From: a virus
Strand: one strand, 5' to 3'
IMG/VR virus record: IMGVR_UViG_2811995041_000003
Span: 1,923-65,922 of that record
Length of the DNA stretch: 64,000 nt
Below, in pieces: positions 28,391 to 36,386 of this stretch. The notes under the pieces were generated by a model. The model searched no databases. It was not told where the DNA came from and saw nothing but the letters and a program-made list of their open reading frames with translations. The translations under genes were made by a program, and so were the position numbers. The stretch's first letter is position 1. The number at the start of each line of letters is the position of its first letter.

Positions 28391-28871
28391 GGCGCTGCTG
28401 CACGAAATGATTACGGAATTACAACAACGAACAAAGGCCGGAGAGCTTGATCGAATCCAACGCATCGAGGAGATCACTGCGCTGGCCGACGCTTACTTCG
28501 ATGCCGTCGGAGAGCATCCGGATTCTATCGCACTTGAACGTATGGCGAATCTTATTATCTACGAGGAGCTTTCGGACCCTCATCCGGATAAAATGACCCG
28601 CGAAGAGTACCCGATCATGAGCGAAACACAGCGAGAAGAGCGAATCAAGTCGGAGGCATCCGAAAAACTTGCCGAAGAGTACGGGGCAGATGGCCGAAAT
28701 TATAAAGTCCCGACGCGAAGAAAACGGTCTTCATACGAGGAAAAGTTCGTTGATAGAGCGGCCAGGGCTCGGAATAAAGAACGAAGAAACCGCTATAACG
28801 ATTTCGTAAAAGGAAAATCCGAAGGACAATTTACGGTCAATATCGCAACGGGCGAAAAATTCATTCATTAG
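28383..28871 (+). CDS. Hypothetical protein
   Basis: GGAGG RBS; ATG 28383. Confidence 0.65.
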   Translation: MDKALLHEMITELQQRTKAGELDRIQRIEEITALADAYFDAVGEHPDSIALERMANLIIYEELSDPHPDKMTREEYPIMSETQREERIKSEASEKLAEEYGADGRNYKVPTRRKRSSYEEKFVDRAARARNKERRNRYNDFVKGKSEGQFTVNIATGEKFIH

Positions 28872-28879
28872 TTGTTCCG

Positions 28880-28912
28880 TTTTAATCCGTTTTGCTGGCT
28901 ATACGTTATGAG
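28880..28912 (+). promoter_or_regulatory. Putative phage-specific promoter, copy 1
   Basis: CTATACGTTATGAG identical to 33849-33862, with similar upstream bases. Confidence 0.5.
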
Positions 28913-28959
28913 GGCGCCAAATCCGCGCTCTTTTATTTTGCGACAAAGGGGACGATATT

Positions 28960-29760
28960 TTGAAAAGATTACGAGTAGTAAATGCAGAGACGGGCGAAGA
29001 TCTATCGACAGACTACACGCTAAGGCATCGGAACCAGGATGAAGCTTTCCGGGAACAGCAAAAGCAGACGACGGACAGGCGCGACTTTTCCAACGCCAAT
29101 ATGTCTTATATTCACGAAGTCTATGCCGCCCTCACAACGGCACAATGCGGGTATTTGATGTTGCTGCAATGCTACGTCGACTATAACGGTGTTCTCGTGA
29201 AATCTAGCCGCGATAAAACTCCGATGACGACAGCGGATATGATGTCCGTTCTCCAGCTCGCGAAAAAGCGCATGACATTCTACGATTTTCTGAACGCGTG
29301 TATTCAGCATGATATTATTCGGGAAGAAGACGGCATATACTCGGTGAACGAACGCTACCACTTCAAAGGTAACTTCGGAAGCCAGTACGTTGTCAAATTG
29401 TACACCGCGAAGATTAAGAAGGTATACAGCGAAGTGAAGGCGACAGACATCGGACTGATTTACCGGATGCTGCCGTTCATCCACTACGAAACAAACGCTC
29501 TATGCGCCAATCCTTTCGAAAAGAATCCGAAGCATATCCGTTGGTTCAATAAGAAAGAGCTAGCGGCGGCGATCGGAGTAACACCGGATACGCTTGGCCG
29601 ACGGCTGAAGCAGATGAAATTCGATGGGGAGTTCGTTGTCGCGCGAATAAAGGTTGGAAGTGAGCCGGAAAGGTATACGTTCAATCCTAACGTGTTTTAT
29701 CGGCAGTCCAAAGCGCCAGATAAGACGCTGCTTGCGATGTTTAACGTTAAGAAAGTATAA
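28960..29760 (+). CDS. RepL-like / wHTH replication protein
   Basis: 'VVNAETGE' N-terminus; two wHTH-like halves ending 'YSVNERY' and 'YTFNPNVFY'. Confidence 0.55.
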   Translation: MKRLRVVNAETGEDLSTDYTLRHRNQDEAFREQQKQTTDRRDFSNANMSYIHEVYAALTTAQCGYLMLLQCYVDYNGVLVKSSRDKTPMTTADMMSVLQLAKKRMTFYDFLNACIQHDIIREEDGIYSVNERYHFKGNFGSQYVVKLYTAKIKKVYSEVKATDIGLIYRMLPFIHYETNALCANPFEKNPKHIRWFNKKELAAAIGVTPDTLGRRLKQMKFDGEFVVARIKVGSEPERYTFNPNVFYRQSKAPDKTLLAMFNVKKV

Positions 29761-29784
29761 TTTACCATGTCGGAGGTGATACGG

Positions 29785-29850
29785 ATGGGATTTACGGTAG
29801 GAGCGAAAGAGTTGCCGAAGCCTAAATACGGGTTTCCGCGCGGAGCATAA
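29785..29850 (+). CDS. 21-aa mini-protein MGFTVGAKELPKPKYGFPRGA carrying two arbitrium-like hexapeptides
   Basis: GGAGGTGA RBS 29772-29779, ATG 29785, TAA 29848-29850, followed by a terminator hairpin. Confidence 0.7.
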   Translation: MGFTVGAKELPKPKYGFPRGA

Positions 29851-29854
29851 AACG

Positions 29855-29885
29855 AAAGAGGGCGCCAATAGGCGCCTTTAATTTT
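29855..29885. terminator. Probable bidirectional terminator
   Basis: AGGGCGCC-AATA-GGCGCCTT between convergent genes. Confidence 0.65.
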
Positions 29886-31314
29886 ATAACTTTAACCAGT
29901 TTGCGAGCATCTTGTCTTTTGATTTAAAATCTTTTGCGATTTGCGCCAGATAAGCGCTGATCTCCTCTAAATCTGAAATTGCATCCTGCAATGACGCGAT
30001 ATAGGCCGCTTCGGCATCGACATCGTAAAACAGCGGATTCCCTTTTTTATCGAACGACTGCGCCAAATCATTCAGCGTATTGTTTACATCATCGAGCGTA
30101 AGCTGATCGTATAAGCCGTGACCGACCTGGCGATAGGTATCGTATTTCAAATCGCTTATCGCAGCGTCATGTTCCTGGTAGGCGTTTTCCGCTTCTCTTT
30201 TCATCGTACGCAGGTCGTTTATAATCGCATTTACTTTTTCCGCAAGCTGCTTAGCGACTTCGGGGGTGACTTTAATCGCGCCGCTCCCTGATGCCACTTC
30301 AGCCGGCAGCATTGCTTTTAAATTTTTATCGTAGACGAGTTCATCGCCTTCAACATTTTGAACGTTGCCGTCTTCGTCGAAGGTGAAATTCGAATCATTG
30401 AGGCCGTGGGTGTCGGGCATTCCTAAGATTGCGGTCTGAAAGAAATACCCAGCGTTTTGCCCGATTTGTTGGAATACATCGCCCTGCATTCTCGCCTCGC
30501 GCACCGCATTTGATAATTCAGGGTCCTTCGTATAAATTGTCGTTCCATTGTGCCGGTCATATTCGTTCCACCAGCCGGCCCCGACCATGTCATCCGGATT
30601 GATAATCGATTTTATGGACCGGTCATATTCACCGTTGTTAATTTTCTTTTGCTGCTCCTCAGAGTGCAGCTTAACAATTGAAGGGCTGTTAAACGCGACG
30701 GCATAGATGTTGTTGTTGACCGCGCTGTATTCAGCTTCTGCGCCGCCAAGCGAGTGTCCGGTAGTTGAAATAACCGTCGAGGTGCCTTTATACTTTTGTT
30801 TAACTTCCCGCACCAGATCGTCAGCTTGCCCGATTTGGGACGTTTTCGTAATTAATTTGTAGTTACCGGTGCTAAGCATCGAGTCTTGTGACGGAGTTCC
30901 GTTATATTTTCCGAGTGTTTTAGAAGTATCTTTCGCATCTTTTTCGGCTATGTAGTGTTCCTTCTTTTTCGGGTCAATTCCCATCACAACGTTCCCGCCG
31001 TCTGCGTCAATAACATCTTGAAAGAACTGGCTTTTCGGATCAGTTCCCGCGAAGGCTACGACGACGTTTTCGGGATTATCTGATTTGACCCACTTGCCGT
31101 CTTTTGTTTTTTGACCCTGAGAAAAAACAACGGCATCAAGTCCCGTATCAGAGTCTCTTTTAATTTTTTCGACATACCAATAAGTTTTTTGGTCTGTCTG
31201 TATCGGTTTTCCTGTTTTCAATTTATCATCTAATCTTTCGCGGTTGTAAGATTCCTGACTTAGCGTATAATAAGTTTTATCTGTTATTTTTGGAACTTTT
31301 ATCTTATCACTCAT
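29884..31314 (-). CDS. Lipase (class 3-like) toxin with C-terminal WXG100/LXG-like helical domain
   Basis: 'VVAFAGTD', 'TGHSLGG', 'NPDDMVG', 'DTHG'; C-terminal 'IKVTPEVAKQLA...IAKDFKSKDKMLA'. Confidence 0.8.
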   Translation of the reverse strand: MSDKIKVPKITDKTYYTLSQESYNRERLDDKLKTGKPIQTDQKTYWYVEKIKRDSDTGLDAVVFSQGQKTKDGKWVKSDNPENVVVAFAGTDPKSQFFQDVIDADGGNVVMGIDPKKKEHYIAEKDAKDTSKTLGKYNGTPSQDSMLSTGNYKLITKTSQIGQADDLVREVKQKYKGTSTVISTTGHSLGGAEAEYSAVNNNIYAVAFNSPSIVKLHSEEQQKKINNGEYDRSIKSIINPDDMVGAGWWNEYDRHNGTTIYTKDPELSNAVREARMQGDVFQQIGQNAGYFFQTAILGMPDTHGLNDSNFTFDEDGNVQNVEGDELVYDKNLKAMLPAEVASGSGAIKVTPEVAKQLAEKVNAIINDLRTMKREAENAYQEHDAAISDLKYDTYRQVGHGLYDQLTLDDVNNTLNDLAQSFDKKGNPLFYDVDAEAAYIASLQDAISDLEEISAYLAQIAKDFKSKDKMLANWLKL

Positions 31315-31367
31315 ATACATCGCCTCTTTATTTTTGTAAAATAGGATAGGAAAGGGTTGATTTCCGA

Positions 31368-31712
31368 TTGAAAAAGAAAAAGTACATAATTATCCTTATT
31401 TTAATAATTATAGCAGTTGGAGGACTTTTTATGAAGCATCAGCACGATCAAAAGGAAAAAGAGATTGCTTTATTCGAAGAAGCACAGAATCATATGGAAA
31501 AATTTTTAACAACTAACTATAAAGATGTGAAAGATATCCATTTTTCTGAGAATTACTATATTAATCCAATGGGTGGTATTACTGTGAAGGGTTATACTAA
31601 CGGAGAAAAAGAGTTTGAAGGTCTATATGATCCAGCCAATAAAGAAATATTGTCATATACGGTTGATGCCGAACCCAAAGAAGAATGTAAAGATAAGCTT
31701 TGTACAAGATAA
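31368..31712 (+). CDS. Membrane-anchored DUF1433-like protein, putative immunity protein
   Basis: N-terminal TM; 'NYKDVKDIHF...NPMGGITVKGYTN'; adjacent to the lipase. Confidence 0.65.
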   Translation: MKKKKYIIILILIIIAVGGLFMKHQHDQKEKEIALFEEAQNHMEKFLTTNYKDVKDIHFSENYYINPMGGITVKGYTNGEKEFEGLYDPANKEILSYTVDAEPKEECKDKLCTR

Positions 31713-31737
31713 ATTAGCCCGCTCGGCCTTATTTGTT

Positions 31738-31911
31738 TTATATGCTCTTCTTCATACCGCATCTGCGGCACTCACGTAGGAAAATGCCGTCCTTCACCGA
31801 ACTTTTAAACAGCGTATAATCGCAGTTATCGCAGCGCCCGTAATGAACGTCCGGGTACTCCTTATAATCGTATACAATCGTCGTATCATATCCTTTTGTT
31901 TCGTAATCCAT
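31738..31911 (-). CDS. Small zinc-ribbon protein (57 aa)
   Basis: GGAGG RBS; CDNC...CRRC. Confidence 0.7.
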   Translation of the reverse strand: MDYETKGYDTTIVYDYKEYPDVHYGRCDNCDYTLFKSSVKDGIFLRECRRCGMKKSI

Positions 31912-31957
31912 TCGTCTCAACCTCCGAATATTAGAATACGACAATAGTGTGATCAAT

Positions 31958-32134
31958 TCAACGCCATTCATGAAACGACGGAAGCCGCAGCAGGCCGTTT
32001 TTCGTCTTGAACCGGTGCTTGCCAGCTGCCCTTCGAACGATACGCTTTCCGACCGTTCCTTTCTTGACCGCGTTCACATCGCCAAGCAGGCGAGATAATC
32101 CGTAAAGAAAGCCGCGTGTTTTATTGATCGACAT
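31958..32134 (-). CDS. Small basic protein (58 aa), possibly a deletion-fusion
   Basis: AAAGGAG RBS; MSINKTRGFLYGLSRLLGDVNAVKKGTVGKRIVRRAAGKHRFKTKNGLLRLPSFHEWR. Confidence 0.55.
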   Translation of the reverse strand: MSINKTRGFLYGLSRLLGDVNAVKKGTVGKRIVRRAAGKHRFKTKNGLLRLPSFHEWR

Positions 32135-32246
32135 TGTTCATCGTCTCCTTTCAATGATTTTCCCACGAAATTAAAGCGTAGGAGCCGCCGGAATCTGCTG
32201 CGGGTATATTAGGTATCGGCGGCCGCTTAACGCCTGATTTCGTGTG

Positions 32247-32579
32247 TTATTCGATAACCTTAATCGCCTTAAATCCGCTGCCATTTTCGTATTGATCCTT
32301 CGTAAAAGTAACGCTGATCCGATCGCCTGGCTTTGCGTCTGTGGCTGCCGGATCGAAACTAAAGCCGCCGTCATCCGCTGAAACAGCGTAGTCTTTGCCT
32401 TCGACAATATATTCGCGCTCGATCGTTTCCTGGGCGTCCTCAGCTTCCGCAGCCATGTCGTCAGCCACGCGATAAGCAATATCGACATCTTCGTATAGTT
32501 TGGCGGCGTAGATTCCGAGAGCCGCGTTGCCTGCGATTGATAGGCCGAGGATGGCCGTTAAGAGTTTCGTTTTATTCAT
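32247..32579 (-). CDS. Exported or membrane-anchored hypothetical protein
   Basis: GGAGG RBS; N-terminal hydrophobic segment. Confidence 0.65.
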   Translation of the reverse strand: MNKTKLLTAILGLSIAGNAALGIYAAKLYEDVDIAYRVADDMAAEAEDAQETIEREYIVEGKDYAVSADDGGFSFDPAATDAKPGDRISVTFTKDQYENGSGFKAIKVIE

Positions 32580-32696
32580 CGTCATTACCTCCGTATTTGT
32601 TTGCGATTAAATAGCCGAGATTGAAGCCGATCTGATAAGCTTTGCCGGCGTCAGGGCGTTGATATAGATCGAGAAGCTGATCGGCCTGCTGCGGCT

Positions 32697-32870
32697 TCAG
32701 CGGCGGTGTGACCGATTCCTCCCCGATCTAAAGAATAGAAGCGCGATGAAAACGATCGCTGATCCGAGGCCGACGTAGTCCAGAACGGACAGCCGGCCGA
32801 AGTTCATATCCGCAATCCAGGCGAGCAAGACGACGACTAACAAAATTTCGGTGGTATCAATTCGTTTCAT
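32697..32870 (-). CDS. Small two-TM membrane protein (57 aa)
   Basis: MKRIDTTEILLVVVLLAWIAD...GSAIVFIALLFFR. Confidence 0.55.
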   Translation of the reverse strand: MKRIDTTEILLVVVLLAWIADMNFGRLSVLDYVGLGSAIVFIALLFFRSGRNRSHRR

Positions 32871-32913
32871 TCGTGTTATAATTGATTGACAAGGGGCGAA
32901 ATGCCCCTCGGTG

Positions 32914-33060
32914 TTATAATCGGCGACGGTGTTTCTTGGTCGGAGCCCGTCGCTCTTTACTTTCGGAGTCTTTTCGCATCTTGCGGAGTTCAAGGCCGAG
33001 CTTGATAATTCCGAGCCAAGTTGCGGCGATTGCCGAAAGCTTCATCACTACGTCAATCAA
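32914..33060 (-). CDS. Small single-TM protein with basic tail (48 aa)
   Basis: AAAGGAGGTG RBS, TTG start; MIDVVMKLSAIAATWLGIIKLGLELRKMRK...KKHRRRL. Confidence 0.7.
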   Translation of the reverse strand: MIDVVMKLSAIAATWLGIIKLGLELRKMRKDSESKERRAPTKKHRRRL

Positions 33061-33087
33061 TTACGTTCACCTCCTTTCGTTATCTTA

Positions 33088-33153
33088 ATTATAACGCATA
33101 ACCGTTATAACGTCAATACGTTATTTACAAAAATATCGTTTTTACGTTATAAT
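33088..33153. promoter_or_regulatory. Divergent SigA promoters with three ATAACG-N6-CGTTAT operators
   Basis: Minus strand TTGACG-N17-TATAAT; plus strand TTTACA-N18-TATAAT; operators 33091-33108, 33107-33124, 33133-33150 (third has 1 mismatch). Confidence 0.75.
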
Positions 33154-33174
33154 AATCGCAGGAGGTGCCGGCAA

Positions 33175-33393
33175 ATGATCGTTAAATTAAAGATAGCCGA
33201 GCTACTTGATCGGAAGAATATGACGCAGAAGGAACTCGCAGAGCTAACCGGGATAAGGCCGTCTGCCATCAGCGAACTGTGTCGCGGGATTAAGGAACGG
33301 GTGCAGCTCGACCACCTTAGCCGGATTGCAACCGCGTTGAATATATCGGATATACGAGAGCTTATCGACCTAGACGAAGACGCTGACGAATGA
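33175..33393 (+). CDS. XRE-family HTH repressor
   Basis: AGGAGGTG RBS; 'MTQKELAELTGIRPSAISELCRG'. Confidence 0.9.
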   Translation: MIVKLKIAELLDRKNMTQKELAELTGIRPSAISELCRGIKERVQLDHLSRIATALNISDIRELIDLDEDADE

Positions 33394-33523
33394 TTGGCGT
33401 CTATTTCTTCGTGTTATTACAGTATATTTATACGTTTATATGAATAATAATACGATAGATATGACGGTGAGAGGTCGGGTGATTATCGGCATATTCTCAA
33501 TTAGAATAACGTAATTGATAATG

Positions 33524-33574
33524 AACACGACTTTATTCGTACAAATCGGCCAAAAACACGACTTTATTCGTACA
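33524..33574. repeat. 20-bp direct repeat x2 (AACACGACTTTATTCGTACA), iteron-like
   Basis: 33524-33543 and 33555-33574. Confidence 0.85.
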
Positions 33575-33829
33575 TGAGAAAATGGGGTTCGTGCTTACAG
33601 CCGCAAGGGATACAGCGATTTTGAGTGCGGAATTACTTCTTAGTCTTCTGAATTCGAAGACTAGCGGGAACTACGTTTCACTCCGTCCCGCAGAAACGCA
33701 ATCATGTATATTGTATAAATAATTGTATCGCGATAAAGGTCTTAATAATATCCGCGGACACGTAGGAGCGTAAGCGACGGAGTGGACGCTATGTTTTAAA
33801 CATACGAAAATATTCCGTTAATATATCAA

Positions 33830-33862
33830 CTTTTACACGCGTAGTTGTCTATACGTTATGAG
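33830..33862 (+). promoter_or_regulatory. Putative phage-specific promoter, copy 2
   Basis: CTATACGTTATGAG; upstream of the late-gene block. Confidence 0.5.
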
Positions 33863-33958
33863 AAGGACGCTACAACTACGGAGCAACAACGGGCACTAGC
33901 CGCACACTTGGCGTCCTTTTAGTACATATTGCGGCGATATAAACGGAGGTGTTCTCGT

Positions 33959-34120
33959 ATGAAGTACGTAGTATTCAGCGACTATTGTGACGCTAGCCAA
34001 GCGATCTACAACAATTACGAAGATGCTCTCGCCGATTTCAAAGAGCGGACCACTGACGAAGCTTATAACGGTGTTGATGCGTACATTTGCGCAGTCATTG
34101 ACGAACATAAAGCGGAATAG
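33959..34120 (+). CDS. Small acidic hypothetical protein
   Basis: GGAGGTG RBS. Confidence 0.6.
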   Translation: MKYVVFSDYCDASQAIYNNYEDALADFKERTTDEAYNGVDAYICAVIDEHKAE

Positions 34121-34416
34121 CATAACGATTTTCACGCGCAAATCACACGAAATTAGACGTCTCAGCCTTCGCCGAGGGTATTCGGTAGGGTAACGGTTAG
34201 AAACGCTAATTTCGTGCAATTTTATTCGTACCGGGCGCGTACCTCCTTACACGGGTCATTGAAAACCGCGCGAAATAAGAGGAAAGCGTTCGGAGCGCTT
34301 AACCTGACAAGAGCAACAGAAACGGCCTCGCGGAAGGATTATAACCGGTCTTGCCTTCCGAAAAACCACGTCGCCCAGTCTTGAGGCGGCGGGTGTTAAT
34401 AACGCAATCAGAACGA

Positions 34417-34446
34417 GGCTTCCGTCATCACGGCGGGGGTCTTTTT
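34417..34446 (+). terminator. Intrinsic terminator at the end of a structured leader
   Basis: GGCTTCCGTC-ATCAC-GGCGGGGGTC-TTTTT. Confidence 0.65.
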
Positions 34447-34493
34447 GTGCTTGCGTTTTTAGCGCAGCAATAACGAAAAAGGAGACGATGTGA

Positions 34494-34772
34494 ATGGCGG
34501 AATCAAAGCGCGAATCAATCGGCAAAATTAAAATCGACTTGGATGTGTCCGACGCGATACCCGGACTCAAGGCGGTTCAACGCGAAGCAAAGGCGGCGAC
34601 TAAGGCGCTGGCCGAATTTCAGGACCTAGCTGAACGGCTCGGTGAGAAACCGTTAGCTGACGGTTGGGAGACGGCCCGATCATTGCGGTCTATATTCGAT
34701 AGGTTAGACGAAGAGCCTACCGTTTATCTGGTCGGAAAGGAAATTCGAAGGAGGAGCGCTGATGAGCGGTAA
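34494..34772 (+). CDS. Hypothetical protein
   Basis: AAAGGAG RBS. Confidence 0.65.
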   Translation: MAESKRESIGKIKIDLDVSDAIPGLKAVQREAKAATKALAEFQDLAERLGEKPLADGWETARSLRSIFDRLDEEPTVYLVGKEIRRRSADER

Positions 34773-35139
34773 AATAACCGTTAAACTTACCGCAGGCGAT
34801 GAATACGACGAACAGCTCGATCAATTGCGCCAAGCCTTTTTCGCTCTGTCCGACGGCCCTAAACCGAAAGAGAAATGGCGATGCGCTCTCGTTGTAGGAC
34901 GGACCGTTAGCGAAGCCAAAACGATGTGGAAACGTGTGAAAACGAGGTATCCGAACTATAAGTACACGCAATTTGTATCGCGTAATCCTTACGTACTGGA
35001 CGGCATAAATCCGGAAAACATATCGCTATTTATGCTGCCAGGTTGCGCAGATAATCCGATTGTAAACGATCGGCATTTTCGATGGGTTATCGATAATGCA
35101 GCCGAAGTTATTTACGTTGAGGAGGGGGCGGATGAGTAA
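34762..35139 (+). CDS. Hypothetical protein
   Basis: GGAGGAG RBS; overlap coupling. Confidence 0.6.
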   Translation: MSGKITVKLTAGDEYDEQLDQLRQAFFALSDGPKPKEKWRCALVVGRTVSEAKTMWKRVKTRYPNYKYTQFVSRNPYVLDGINPENISLFMLPGCADNPIVNDRHFRWVIDNAAEVIYVEEGADE

Positions 35140-35680
35140 CGTTGTAGCGCTGAACAACAGAGACCAACCAGACCGCAAGCCAATGCCGAATGACAAAGCC
35201 GCGCTCTTAGACAATCCGCAAGGGTTCGAGGTATACAGTCGGGAGCTTATGCGCAAGGTATTTCCGCGCCTAATTAACGAAGCTTATGACGTAGTCTATG
35301 CCGATTACAAACGAAAGCCTGAGATTCGCGATGTTGTGGCGTTTTACTTTCTGCTGCAATCGTATATCGACGGTAACTATACGCGCAGTGACGGAAGCCT
35401 TAACGATAGGTTCGGCGCTTGCTTCTTAAACTACGAAACTATTCAGCAGCACCTTCGCGTCGATCGTAACCGGATTAATCTGCTGGCCGCGATCTTAGAG
35501 ACTAACGGGATCATACGGACGACCGGACATTACGAAGGGACAAAGCGTTTCAAGTGGTACTTTCCGTCGTTCTGCCCGCACATAACTGACGATGGATATA
35601 TCGTGAATGAGTTCGGCGAAACGGTGCGACCGGACTTTAGCGTGTACTTGCCGAAGCGTCGCAGAAAGGAGCGTAATTAG
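35132..35680 (+). CDS. wHTH protein, possible replication initiator
   Basis: 'CFLNYETIQQHLRVDRNRINLLAAILETNGII' HTH-like segment; iteron-like repeats downstream. Confidence 0.5.
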   Translation: MSNVVALNNRDQPDRKPMPNDKAALLDNPQGFEVYSRELMRKVFPRLINEAYDVVYADYKRKPEIRDVVAFYFLLQSYIDGNYTRSDGSLNDRFGACFLNYETIQQHLRVDRNRINLLAAILETNGIIRTTGHYEGTKRFKWYFPSFCPHITDDGYIVNEFGETVRPDFSVYLPKRRRKERN

Positions 35681-36070
35681 GTGGCGTTAAAATGGTCGTA
35701 TAAAAGGAGAGAAGAGTTCGCTGATTTAAGCGCAAGGAAATGCGCTCACTGCGGAGTAGAAGGACTCGTTAGTAAGCGTGAAGCTAACGGTAACGAAAGC
35801 CTAACGTACAATATCGATCATATTATTCCGCAAGCGAGTGGCGGTACAGATGACATCGACAATCTCCAGCTACTCTGTCGTCCGTGTAACGCTGCTAAAA
35901 GCGCATTGAATACCGAGGAGTTCCCGAGCCATTACGATTGTAAGCACGAAGTGGAGCGCATGAAGATCGAGCTAGAAGAAACAACCGGTTTAGATAACGA
36001 GTATATAGAACGCATGCTACGCACCTTCAGTATTAAGGATCGGTATCACGTTCTATCCAAGCTGTTATAA
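35681..36070 (+). CDS. HNH endonuclease
   Basis: CAHC...IDHIIPQASGGTDDIDNLQLLCRPCNAAKS. Confidence 0.88.
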   Translation: MALKWSYKRREEFADLSARKCAHCGVEGLVSKREANGNESLTYNIDHIIPQASGGTDDIDNLQLLCRPCNAAKSALNTEEFPSHYDCKHEVERMKIELEETTGLDNEYIERMLRTFSIKDRYHVLSKLL

Positions 36071-36086
36071 ACGTTGCTATGACGCA

Positions 36087-36133
36087 TAGTATGCCTAGGA
36101 CATACGATCGCTAGTATGCGCAAGACATACGAT
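36087..36133. repeat. 22-bp imperfect direct repeat x2, each containing GTATG-N7-CATAC
   Basis: 36087-36108 and 36112-36133. Confidence 0.8.
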
Positions 36134-36386
36134 GGATCATCTGCACAGGGCGGACTGTAAAAAGAGAAAGAAGTAAAAGAGCAATACGTAAAAGAGAAAC
36201 AAATAATAGCGATCTATTCGCTGCGCTCATACGATACGCAGATATTGGTAATCTATTAAATACATTATCGCGATAAAGAACTTATATAAAAGATAAAGAC
36301 AAAGTGCAACGGTATTGGTGGGCGCGTCGGATTGGTAAATCACCGTAGAGTGATTGACGCTTTAGTATGAGAAAGGAGGGATGACG

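Noticed and set aside
32886..32920. Plus-strand TTGACA...TATAAT antisense promoter
   Set aside because: Spacer is 23 nt, too long for SigA.
33524..33574. CRISPR mini-array
   Set aside because: Only two 20-bp repeats with an 11-bp spacer and no cas operon; the Cas4-like nuclease sits in the replication module.
34300..34325. Hammerhead ribozyme core (CTGA...GAAAC)
   Set aside because: Reads CTGACAA rather than CTGANGA, and there is no convincing stem II.
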